Shown in pieces: positions 21,700 to 33,540 of a DNA stretch of 64,000 nucleotides. The notes under the pieces are model-generated. The model saw only the letters and a list, made by a program, of their open reading frames with translations. It searched no databases and was not told the DNA's origin. This DNA comes from Anthoceros angustus (Eukaryota > Plantae > Anthocerotophyta): NCBI GenBank assembly GCA_010909165.1, contig MU008200.1, positions 310,001 to 374,000 of the forward strand, read 5' to 3'. Within the stretch, counting starts at the first letter, position 1. The number at the start of each line of letters is the position of its first letter. A program made the translations under genes and the position numbers.

Positions 21700-24459
21700 C
21701 ATTTTGCTTTGCTCTCGTTCAGACGTGTCCTTGGCAGTAACCCCTTCTCCGAGGTCAAGTGCCTTCTTCTTCTTCTTGCGAATTGCCACCATACCATACA
21801 CTTCTTCATCCGAGTTAGAAGAGAATCGTGGCTCGACTGCGGCCATGTTAGCCATGCCGCATCTCTTCAACTTGCGCAAGAAGAGCCTTGCGACTAGGGC
21901 CTTTGCCCTTCTCCTTTTCACTGCCCATTGCCTTGGGCTTGAGCTCTGGATGAGCCTCCCAACATGCGACTTCTATGTGGCCCCATCGGCCAGAAGCCTT
22001 ACAAACCTCCTTGCCCGTCCTGCCTCCATGTCTGAAGTCACATTCAAATGACTTATGCACCACGGCACCTGCCACATTTGATGGCGCGACTGCGTTGTTA
22101 TTTGGTCTCTCCTTTTTATGCTAGGGCTTGGTGATTCGATGTACGCCCAAATCGTTCGTATTCTTGACCCTTATCTTTGGAATCTGGATCCTCCTTGTCC
22201 AGAGCCATAAGAAGTGCTGCTCCTGACCAAATTGTGGTCCTCTAGGTATGCTTGGCTGACAACATCCCCCTTTAGCACCTTCTCTGCAATCTTATAGGCG
22301 TCAGTCAAACCATACTTTTCTCCATGAGCACTGTGAAGGGCATCCATCACCTTCCTTCGCTGTCTGGTTGGCATTGCAGCCATGAAAATCTCAGCAGCTT
22401 CTCGCATAGTCTTCACATATGTATCCTCCACCAAGATCTTGATCGATGTATGGCCCTCGGTCTCATTGGACTTGAAGCTAAAGTCAACTCACGAATCTTC
22501 TCCAAGGACGATGTGGGAAACATGTCCTTCAATCTTTCAAACATGAGATCATCCAAGTCTTGTGTCCTCCTTGGGAGTGGAGTAGCTTACCCCATTTGTG
22601 ACTCTGCTTGAGATCTCTTGTCGTTTCTCCGCCAACACCAGGATGTCCTTCTTCTCGTCTCTGTAGTACATCAACATCTCACCTGCCAGACAAAGAAATA
22701 TTTTATTGAGGTGAAAAACGATGGGAAAAGCCCATCTAGAAGGGGACAACCAAAGAGGACCAGGGGTCGAGGTGAAGAGGAGCAAATAAGCTCCCTACCT
22801 AAAGTCACCCATCGCACCCACAATGTCATATGCGGGAAGAATAAGCGGCACGCAAACCACGGAGGTAGAGGAAGATGCGCCACCCACCGCCGCCGCCTTG
22901 TGGAGGATCGCCGCTGAGAGCGCCTGAAGGGCAATTGAAACCCGCTGTCGGAAGTATGCCGTGAAGTACGAGAGGGACATCACCGTTCTACGCAGCATGG
23001 TAAGCTTTGGCACAAGACTTGACAAATTTGTCAAAGTCCTCGACCATTGCCCCATACGCTTCTAGTGCAAGCGGAATAAAGAGGTGGCCCGCTTGCATCC
23101 CGCAATATTTGCGGACCTTGAGAGCCGCCGCAGCAGCCCCAACTCGGATTCTAGTGATGACCGAGTGAGATGGTGTCTCGTAGGATCGGTAACCACCACA
23201 TCTCGCCATCAAAACCGGTCGCCACGACAAGGCATGTGTCACCGATTGAACGAGACGGAGAGTATACATCCGCCTCCATGCCATGTAGCGCCGCGAGCGA
23301 TGGCAACATGACATCGCGGATGGCGTCGTGAGTGGCAATGCGACCCCGTAGGGACAACGAGCAAGGTGTACCCTGTAATCATCGAGGCGAGCCGCACTGC
23401 AAGTAAGGAGCGAAGAAGCCACAGTCGGAGCAGCCAAGGAATCGCATCGCAGAGTGAAGGTGGTTGCGATGTGAAAACCCCTGATGCATGGGCGGCCAAC
23501 AGCCAAGCACCGCGCCTTCCAACAAGAGCGAGCCGCGCCTTGTGGACCCGGGGATGGAGGGGTCCCGGAGGGCGATCGAAAGCCCGAGCCGCTCGAGCGT
23601 AGATGCTCGCAACCCCTGAAACCATCAAGAATAAATGTCGAGAAAGGAGGGAAGTCCTTCCGAGCATCCACTGATAACATGTCCCTAGCTTGCCTCAAGG
23701 ACGTTTGGAGAGAGAAGGTTCCCTCCTCCACACCTGATACGAGATCCTCCAGATCCTGCCAGATACTCTGACATCTTCATAAGGGCCATTCTTTGAGTGA
23801 ACTGATCCTTATACTTCATCTTGTTTTCCGCCATTCCCCAGCGGAATTTCTCTTCAAAATCTGCAAGTGACATACTTCCATGCTTTCCCGTGAAGACGTC
23901 ATTTTTGCTGGGCGTGTTCTCCAGCTCCATTTGAACCGGTTTCTCATCTCGGTCTCCAACCGAGGTCTTGTGGACGCATGTCAGTCCCCTGCCTTGGTCC
24001 GTCTTTTGAAAGGTGATCGATACCTTCCGTCTTCCTGTATGAGGACGAGGTGTGTCCCTCATATTTCCAGCTCGACCTAAAAATACCATCGGCCGAATCT
24101 GCCTATGCCTGACAATCTGAGGAATGTTGTCAAACGGCAATCCTAGCTCAACTGCCCAACTAGCTAGGAAAAACAGAGTGTCTACAGTTTCTATCCAGAG
24201 ACGTTCCCACACATATGCAGGGGTCTGTCTAGAGAGTCTAGCCAACTCAGCAATGGTCAAATTCGGACTACAACGAAGCTGCGTGAAATCAATGGTAGAA
24301 TTCCTATCCATCAGAAGTCATTCAACTTATCTGGTGGAGCCTCCGTTCTTCGCGCCCCCGGCGGCCTTCTTGGACTGTAGTCGCTCCCTGGGCTGGAAGA
24401 TGATCGATTTCCGCCTCCTCCGCTCTCCAATGCGCCACAATGTCCTCCAATGCAACCAT
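21700..24459 (-). mobile_element. gag of the DNMT-Gypsy (interrupted by the non-LTR insertion)
   Basis: ORF 23685-24311 (FTGKHGSMSLADFEEKF...MSEYLAG) resumes as EMLMYYRDEKK after the insertion. Degenerate knuckle VCKASGRWGHIEVACW at ~21960-22010. Confidence 0.7.
22691..23754 (-). mobile_element. 5'-truncated non-LTR retrotransposon with restriction-like endonuclease (CRE-like)
   Basis: Cys-rich ...HLARCPYG..RIATHDAIRD knuckle, KVRKY...FIPLALEAYG, YFRQRVSIALQ, AATAAA near the 3' end. 9-bp TSD CCTGCCAGA at 22682-22690 and 23755-23763. Confidence 0.85.
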
Positions 24460-24535
24460 CTTAGTTCTCCAAGCAACAAAAAGGATTGTAGATGAGGTGA
24501 AATCAAGTTAGTTGCCTGAGGTTCCCACTTGACAA

Positions 24536-25120
24536 TGTGGTTCCCAACGATCAAAAGAGAGAAATAAGACAAGCTGCAGGGACGAAGTATGACTGCGTTT
24601 CCATTCAGACCAACATCTACAATCCAAGAATCCATGGCTAGGTAGCCCACATATATAGGCCAAAACCCCCAGAAACTCTCGATGAAGTGCCTCCTTGCAC
24701 CCGATGGTAGGCACTTTAGGTCTATTTATAATCCTACTTCTCCTTGGCCTTCGAATAAATAATATAGATGGCCACTAACAACCTACTCGCCCTTTTCCTT
24801 GGTTTATGATTTTTAGATATTTTCTATATAGATCCGCTGACCTATATATGTGTCATAGCACTGTGCCTCACATACATCATGATGCACATGGATTACATGT
24901 ACCATGACACATCATCTGTCTAGACATATTCACACACATCACATGTCAACCATCCATCATGCATACATACCATGTGCATGCCATCCATGGGCAATGCACA
25001 TGTCACATCACATGCACTTCTGCATCCAAATCATATGGCTTATGCCAGATGGGATGCCAATCAGTCAAGTATCAATCTTTCATCAGTCTGGTTTGTTCAG
25101 TTCACAGCAACAGCATGACA
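24536..25120 (-). mobile_element. Putative 5' LTR of the DNMT-Gypsy
   Basis: Starts TGTCATG at the Copia junction, has a CATG-rich block and TATA-like motifs, possible end ...GAACCACA at 24536. No second copy confirms the boundaries. Confidence 0.55.
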
Positions 25121-26423
25121 CCTTCCTCCCTGACCAGCATTCCTGCGGTGTGATATCCTCTAGTGATGCACTTGCACTTCTATTAGTCAGGTAGACAGCA
25201 GTTGCAATGGGTTCCCCCCAAAACTCATAGCCCAATTGTTGATGATGAAGCATGCTCCTAGCACATTCTACCAAAGTTCCATTTTTCCTCTCCGCAACTC
25301 CATTTTGCTGAGGAGTGTAAGGGGCCGAAAATTGTTGCATGGTTCCGTGCTCCTTGCAAAAAGTTTCAAAATCCTTGAACATATACTCACCTCTATTGTC
25401 ACTCCTTAAAACTTTTATCTTTCTACCAATTTGATTCTCCACAAGTGCTTTATACTCCTTGAACTTCGATAAATAGGCATCCTTGGATTTGAGGAAGTAA
25501 ACCTTGGTATATCTTGACTTGTCATCTGTGAAAGTGAGGAAATACTTGGCCTCTCCTAGAGATGTGGTCTTCATGGGGCCACAGATGTCTGAGTGAATCA
25601 AATCTAGCACATGGTTAGCTCTACTTCCTCCCTTTGGAAATGGAAATTGATGTTGCTTTCCCATCATGCAACCTCTACAAATACCTATATCTTCCTCCTC
25701 TCCAAGCTCAAGTCCTCTTACCATCTTTTTCTTCTCCATGAGTTTGATGTTTTGAACTCCAAGATGTCCCAATCTTTGGTGCCACAATAGTAGCTTGTTG
25801 TTGTGCTCTTGTACCACATTTGCCTCCATTCTTGAGCTTGGCACCACAGTACTCCCACTTAAACAATACATCTTTCCAACCCTCACTCCTTGTGCTCTCA
25901 CTTCTTCTTTTGCATTCGTGAAGGTCACTCCAGCTTCCTCAAATCTCACTCTCAACCCTTGAGAGGTAGCCGCGCTAACGGGGAAGAGATTTTTGCTCAG
26001 GCCTGGCACATAGAGGACCTTCTTTAACATCCCACGAATAGGCCCTTCAGGAGTGGTCATGGTTAGAAATACAACTCCTTCTCCCTCGTATTTTTGAGCC
26101 GAATTATCACCCAAGTAAATGTTAGTTGCAGGTGTGGGTTTGAAAGAGTGAAACCATTCACGCCTATTGGTCATATGCTCCAAAGCTCCTGAATCGATAT
26201 ACCACATATCAGCTTCATTTGAGTGGTGATGTGTACTCACAAAGACCTCATCAAAGTCTTCAGCACAGTTGCTTTGAGGCCTTGCTTTCTCGTCCCTTTG
26301 CTACTTGAAACAGTTCCTCGCAATGTGTCCAACCTTGCCATAGTAGTTGCAAGTTATGTTGCACCTTCTATATCCTCCTACAGATTGAGAAGGACCTTCC
26401 CCTAGCTTGATAGAACTTGAGTG
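25121..26423 (-). mobile_element. Copia-1 gag knuckle, protease, GAG-pre-integrase and integrase core
   Basis: CNYYGKVGHIARNC, WYIDSG, LWHQRLGH, HSDICGP, LRSDNRGEY, PQQNGVAERKN. Confidence 0.93.
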
Positions 26424-27142
26424 AATTACAAAACTAAGACCACCTAAACGAGGCCTTAAAACACACATCAAGAGCAACTTTGGGCAAACGACACAAAGAC
26501 AATAGTCAAAGAGCTGAACCTGCTATAGCTAGCTGGTCTCACCCCTTTTTAAACCCTAAAAAGTGTCACTCACGTTTCCTACTCAATATAGGGTATATGT
26601 TTACCATTTACCCACTTCTATACACTTATAGTAAGCTCAATCACCTACTCACGTTTCCTACTCAGTATGGGGTATATGTTTCCCATTTACCCACTTCTAT
26701 ACACTTAGAGTAAGCTCAATCACTTACATCTTTTACGCATAGTCATATCCATCTTAACACACTCAGTAAGCCGCATCCTCAACACACCTAAACGAGGCCT
26801 TAAAACACAAATAAAGAGCAACTTTGAGCAAACAACACAAAGACAAAAGTCAAAGGGCTACCTAAACGAGGCCTTAAAACACAAATAAAGAGCAACTTTG
26901 AGCAAACACAAAAACAAAAGTCAAAGAGCTGAACCTACTATAGCAAAGAGCTGAACCTACTATAGCTAGCTGGTCTCACCCCCTTTTAAACCCTAAAATG
27001 TGTCACTCACGTTTCCTAATCAATATGGGGTATATGTTTCCCATTTACCCACTTCTATATACTTATAGTAAGCTCAATCACCTACATCTTTTACGCATAG
27101 TCATATCCGTCTTAACAAACTCATTAAGCTGCATCCTCAACA
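26424..27142 (-). mobile_element. Copia-1 5' LTR as two truncated tandem copies with internal duplications
   Basis: Matches 10258-10539. CTCAACA ends at 26784 and 27142. PBS and gag N-terminus deleted. Confidence 0.85.
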
Positions 27143-28725
27143 ATCTCAAAGAACCGCTTACCTTAAAACAAGCCTTCTCAAGACCCGAAAAAGACTTGTG
27201 GAAGGTAGTTGTAGATTCTAAGTACAACTCTTTAGTTAAGAACTCTACATGGGAGCTAGTTAAGCCACCTAAGGGGAGGAAGATAGCAACTAGTAAGTGG
27301 GTATTCAAAATAAAAAGAAAGAGAGATGGCTCCATTGAGAGATATAAGGCATGCCTAGTGGCAAGAGGGCTTACACAAATTCTAGGTTTAGATTATTTAC
27401 CTTATGCCACATAGGCTTCAGTAGCTAAGTTTGCCTCCCTTAGAATGACCTTTGCCTTAACCGCCCAACATGAACTTAATCTCCACATGATGGATGTAAA
27501 GACAGCCTACCTATATGGACGTCTTCAAGAAGAAATCTCCATGAGACAACTTGAGTATGAAGTTAAGGGCAAGGAGGATTGGGTGTGCAAACTCATTAAA
27601 TGCAATTATGGCCTGAAGTAATCAGGCAAGGAATAGAATGTTACCATACATATTAAGCTAGTCAAAAGAGGCTTTAGTCAAAGCAAGGCAGATGCTAGCA
27701 TGTACATCCTAATATCAGGAAATGATATCCTTTATCTCTTTCTCTACGTAGGTTGATGACTTATTTATGGTTTCATCATCATCTTCCCTCCTAGCTGAAT
27801 TTAAAGCTTGGTTAAGCAATCATTTTGAGATGACATATGCACTTGGCGTTAATATCATTAGAGATAGAAGTAATAAAACTTTAACCATAGTTCAAACTCA
27901 ATATATCAAGGAAAGTTTAGCTAAATTTAGACTTGAAGATGCAAAGCCAGCCCCTACTCTTCTTGCTACATGCATTCGACTTACCTCATACATGAATCCG
28001 AAGACTGAAGCAGACAAGCTGGAAATGTCAGCAGTTCCTTATAAACATGGAGTTGGCAGCCTTATATACTTAAGTGGCTTCACAAGACCAGAGATTTCTT
28101 TTGAAGTTAGCGCTTGCTCACAAATCCTAGAGAACCCTGCATGTGAGCACTGGACATCAGTTAAGCGCATATTCAGATATCTTAAGGGTACCATGCATAC
28201 TAGACTAGTGTATAGACACACACTCGGCATCAACAAGCTAATATTAGCAGCTTACGCCGATGCAGACGATGATGGTGATCCCGATACACGAAAGTCGGTA
28301 TCAGGTTACGTCCTCATCCTAGGCAAGGCTCGTATCTCTTGGTCAAATAAGAAACAACCGACGATTGCCTTGTCAAGTACTAAATCAGAATACAGAGTAC
28401 TAACCTCAATTGCCAAGGATATAGTGTGGAGTAGATTAGCCCTGGATGACCTTAATCACTCACTAGATAATCCTACACTAGTGTTAAGTGATAGCTAGGG
28501 AGCTATAGCATTAGCTAGAAACCCTGTTTTTCACTCCAGAACTAAGCATATAGCAATTGAGTATCATTATATTAGAGAATTAATGGAAAATACAACTTTA
28601 GACATTAGTTATATCCAAACTCATAAAACCATGCTGATATATTAACAAAATCCCTTGGTCGGGATTTATATAATAAGCACATGAAGGGTTTAGGTATACT
28701 AGACATTAAGTCAAAACCTCCTTAA
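27143..28725 (+). mobile_element. Copia-2 RT/RNase H pseudogene
   Basis: EPLTLKQA, KWVFKIK..YKACLVARG, HMMDVKTAYL, frameshifted YVDD, YADAD, SRTKHI. Several TAA/TAG stops at CAA/TGG codons. Confidence 0.9.
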
Positions 28726-29994
28726 GTCAGTAAACTAAAATCAACAGCTTTATGGGCAGACTCAAGTTAACCTTAACATCTTAGCCCAAAATATCTTTAA
28801 CATGTATGAATATTCATCATAGTACTCTTCCTCTATGTCATAGTAGTCATATTTGTCCACACTAGCCTCCTCATTTACCAACCACACGGATCCTGAAGAG
28901 ATGATATTTAAAGCAAGGTTTTAAAAGAAGGATATTTAGCTTAAAATAAATCCTTACTTTTAAATTCACTTACTCATGATTCAACATCTGAGGCACTTAC
29001 GATGAATGTATTTAGCGTGTCCTACATACTCCTCACAGCGTGTCCTACATACTCCTCACAGGCACACAAACGATCCTGATCATGTGGATGCCATTTTTCT
29101 CACATATGTATGAGTTAGGTACATCCATAGCAGCATCACCCTCTCCGATGCATATGAGGTAAACATTATTTTCGTAATCACCTAGTGAAAGGGTTCTAGC
29201 TCTCACAAATCTTTTGGGCTTCCCTTTGGTAATGATCACTCGAACTAGAGGCTTCATGTAACATGTCTTCACTTCCACTTCAACACCTACAAGTAAGGCA
29301 AATACTCATGTGGCCAGCTCCCATAAATAAGGTTTTGTCAAAATCACCTGAACACTACTCACCTTTCTCTTATCCCCAATAAGCAACCCCAGGCAAGGGC
29401 GCGATGGAGGTCGCCGCCCTCACAGACAAGCCGCGCCACCGATCTGCCCTCCAAATGGGCCGCATCCACCCATCTGGAGCGCGCTTGGGATATGATGGAG
29501 GCCATGGCGGGGCCGCTACCAGGTGTACGGCCGCGCCCCGTGCAGACGGCCGCGTCCTCCTCCTCACTGCATGCCTGCAGGTAACTTCAATAGCTGGCCC
29601 TCCAATCTGGAGGTGTCCTCCACAATCTTGGCATGCAAGCTTGCAATTTTGGGGAGCCCGTCCTTCCTCAGCACCTAGGCTACCAAGATTATGGGGATTG
29701 AAGCTGTCCATCCACAAAATCAAGCAATCTCAGATGTAGAGGCAGGCCGATGCAAGGGCATGTTGAGGCAAAGGAGGCTCGTGCAACCAAGGATGCAGAT
29801 GCGACCACACGCCTATAGACTCGTCGCTGAGGAAATCCATATTTGTTGCAGGCTACTGGAAAATCTGAATGGAGACGGCCCGATAGGCTTCCTGCGTGAT
29901 GCTCCTGCCATAGTGCTCACCTACAGCTGCATAAGGACGCAAGGCAATTGCTGCAATATCCCGTACTTGCAGGTTCTCGGATAAGCCGAATATC

Positions 29995-31070
29995 TGAATT
30001 TCCTCGCTTTATTACTTTCAAGAGATTCCTAATTATCTCTATTTTTAATTTCTCTTAGCTTTCATTTATCCATTTAAATACAGCTTAAGTTGGATTTTCA
30101 TCTTAGCTACATAACTTCCTATCTAGAGGGAGTTATTGGGCCATATTAGGTTTTTTTTTTTTTAATTATCTTCACCATACTTCATAGTGAGTGGGAGTGA
30201 TGAAATCCTTTATTAATTAGGGCACCTAGAAATCCCTGGAATTGGACATTATTTAATTCCTAGGGCTAGAAGTAGTTACTTTATTTAGTTATTGGTAATA
30301 TTGGTTACAACCACCTATAACCACGTCTACCTTATAAATACTTGTACTTTCTATCATTCTAATCAATACTACAATGCTTTGAGCAAGTGTGTGATTTTCA
30401 TGAAATACCATATACATATATCAATACATACATGTATGCCAACATGTACAAATGTCACATACATATATCCACACATACCACATGGATACATGCATACATT
30501 CCACATGCTTACATGCATACATGATGACTGCACACGTCCTTATAGGCATGCTCCTGCCCACACTATCCACACTGACATATAAGATTTATGTGCCATGACA
30601 GCTGTCTTGCCATAGCCGCATAGCAGTCATGGGCTCACACAAAGCTAGCAAAAACTATCAAGAGCCCTATACTACAGTGGCTCAAAACAAGGCATGGACC
30701 TAAACAAAGGCCATAACCAGCAGCCAAAGCTGCCCTAACTGAATATGCAATATTGTAAGGAAACAAAGCTAATAGCCGCATATGGCCCCCGCCAAAAGTT
30801 GGGGCTGCAACAAAATGTGCTGACAAATTGGAGCACCACTTTGGGCATTTAAATTCCATAAACCCAACGATAAAACCGTCTAAACATGTTGCCTCGAAGC
30901 TGAGTTTCAGATGGTTTGTCATGCTTTGTTCTGCCTGTAGCCAATAGAGCTGCCACATGCCAATCTTCTGGATCAAAATATTCATCAACTTGTTGAGTCC
31001 GAATCTGTGTTTGCTGCCTGTCGTCATCTTGCAGAGTGCGAACACTTTGCCTACGTCACCGAGCGGGCTC
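29995..31070 (-). mobile_element. 3' UTR plus LTR-like block of a distant relative of the DNMT-Gypsy
   Basis: CTATGCGGCTATGGCAAGACAGC|TGTCATGG at 30600 resembles the 12618-12645 end and the 25120 start. CATG-rich block like 24870-25020. Confidence 0.4.
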
Positions 31071-31633
31071 ACTAACTCGGAGAAGGAAATCCTAGCTCTT
31101 GTGACGAGCCCCGGGCGCTAACACGTGGTGGGTAGTGCAAGATCTGGAGAACTTTGCACCTGGCTCCTCGAGAGTAAGGCGTTGGAGTGGTGCACGCCCT
31201 GAGAGACCGCCGGAACGAAGGTGGAGTTGACGTGTGGAAAACCCTGTCCCGGCTTAGCGTAGAAGTGATCCTGGGAAGCACTACGGAAGACTGGTATCCC
31301 CCTAAAGTGTGGCGCATCAGGCTAATGAAAACCCCAAGGTGGAGAAAACGGAGGATAGAAGGTTGGAGACGAGAGTGAGGAAGAGTGGATGTGGAAGGGC
31401 TAGTGCAGACTAGTTGAGGACGTAGATGAGTCCTTAAACGTCTCCTCACGCTGGAGCTCAGCCGATAGTGTCTGTCGTGGTGAACGGGCAACACATGAGA
31501 AGGAATTGGATGTACGGGAAGAGCTTGGGGCGGACTGTAGTCTCTGTGAGAGGCTATAATCTTAGGCGGCTGGTACTCCATATGGTGGCACATCGAGAGG
31601 TGCGGTTGGTCGAGCAGTGGAGTACATCCTCTA

Positions 31634-33540
31634 AATTCTTCAATTTCACCCACACCTTGTCTCCTACTTGAAACTCGCCTCTTGCACATGCTGTCGAAAC
31701 TTCTTTTGCCTCGAGCCTTGGCCAATATCTTCTTAGCAACTTCATGCCCCTTAAGCGCTCAATGAATTCACGTGGTTCTCTTGCTATCTCAAACACGCTA
31801 GCATTCAACATGGAAACTACGTCCATTGCTTCGTTACTGTCATCAAAAAGGTGTGTAGCCTGTGGAGCTATGTCTGTTATTATAACAAAATTCATCCTCA
31901 AGATGATTACTCGGTCTCCGGTCCATCTACATAGTGTCGTAAGTATTCTTCTTAAGAGAATTTGGCCATTCATGCTTATTTGAGGGTCCTGTCGGCCGGG
32001 ATCGATTGGTAAGAAGGTTGAATCGTTTGCGACGAAGGCCTACAAGGGTGAGGTTGTTGGCGGTCTTTGGTTGGTGACCACCCGTTCGACAGCGATGGTG
32101 TGCGTGCATGTACCGTTGTGGCATTTCTAGACGCGGCTCTGGAGCGACGTGGGCTATTGGAGACCATCCGATACCTGGAGAACTTTCTCGGCCAGCAGTT
32201 CAAAAGGCTAGGATTTGGTTCAGCGGCTCTAAAGACCGGAGTAGGTCCACCGGCGATGGGGTTTGATTTGTCAAGATTTTACTCAAGTTAGGTAGGAAAG
32301 GATAAATTAGACGTGGGGTGGCACAAACCATTCCCTTGGGATCGAACCAACGACTACACGATAACGGGTTATAGCACTAGTCTAGCAAAGATGTTCCACA
32401 CCGCCAACTAAAGACTAAGTTTAGTCCGCCTGGCCTCGCCATCCGATATCTAAACCAAGCCCGGCCCAGCCAACCGATATCTAAGCCTAGCCTGACCAAT
32501 GGATATCTAAGCCTAGCCCGACCAACGGATATTTAGGCTTATCCTGGCGATCTACACAAGACTTAACATACTCAACAATATGCTTGTACATTCGAGCCGA
32601 TAAAGCGACTTTCTCAACTTCTCATAAGTTGGGTCAATTCCTCTATGACACTTGGCACATCATGACACTCTCTGCAAGCAACTTCCTTCTCAACACATGA
32701 GAATCGGGAATCACAATCTGTTTTGCTTGAACATCAACAAGCCATTTCTAAGCTTAAACTTAGATCCGGTTGCTCCACTTCATTGATCACATGGATCTAG
32801 ATAAGCTTCCTTGATCTGCGTGTGAGTGTCCCTTGGCTCAATCACCATACGTATTTACTAGCTTAGGCCTCTTTAGCGTAAAAGCGTTATCAAACTTAAA
32901 CTACTTGCGACTCAAAGCATACCACGAGATTCTCCTTCCACGGCTTGTACTTGATAGACACATCATACATTGCTAGGAAATCTTGCCATCTTCTTGCGCT
33001 TAGTCGCAGCTGATTTGTAAAGAAGCTCGTACATTGTATATGCATACAAAGATCTTCCTAGAAGATAATGTCTCCAAATCTTGAGACAATTGATGATGAT
33101 CATCTCCTTTTCATAAGTGGGGTACTTCCTTTTCATGCATGTTTCCTTGATTCGTAAGCCACCGCCTACCTTCTTGCATGAGCACTCCGATTGCAATATG
33201 CATCGATTATACTTCTATATCCTTCTTGGATCAAGAGATCGGTTAATGGGATACAATCTTGGCAAACATCGGTACAAATCTTACATACCCGCTAGCCAAT
33301 CCCAAAAACATCGCACCTCGTGCACATTCGTTGGCAGCCAACTATAACCTTTACCTTATCGGGATCCATCCACGATACCATCCAGAGACAATGAATCCTA
33401 GGAAGTCTATCTCTTCCTTAACAAAGTCACACTTTGTTATAGCTAAGAACAAAGAATTTGCTCTTAACCTTTCTAACACTTTCCTCAAGTGTTGGACATG
33501 CTCTTCAAGGTAGAACTATATCATAATGTCATCCAAGTAG
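31634..33540 (-). mobile_element. Degenerate duplicated pieces of chromovirus family A (RT/RH/INT) interleaved with unrelated DNA
   Basis: 31634-31955 resembles 34446-34770. 32538-33540 resembles 35107-36180. Confidence 0.85.

Larger units (their letters stand above)
12618..25120 (-). mobile_element. Ty3/Gypsy element gag-PR-DNMT-RT-RH-INT-PHD-extension, nested in Copia-1; frameshifted, with tandem duplications and one terminal LTR-like block
   Basis: Copia-1 is split at GGGAGG-AAG|CCTTCTATTGCTC (intact at ~39728-39750). Gypsy domain order is recognisable throughout. Ends TGTCATG (25120) and GCGCAACA (12618). Confidence 0.9.

Noticed and set aside
32325-32395. tRNA gene
   Set aside because: Only a B-box-like motif is visible. 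No convincing cloverleaf or A-box.
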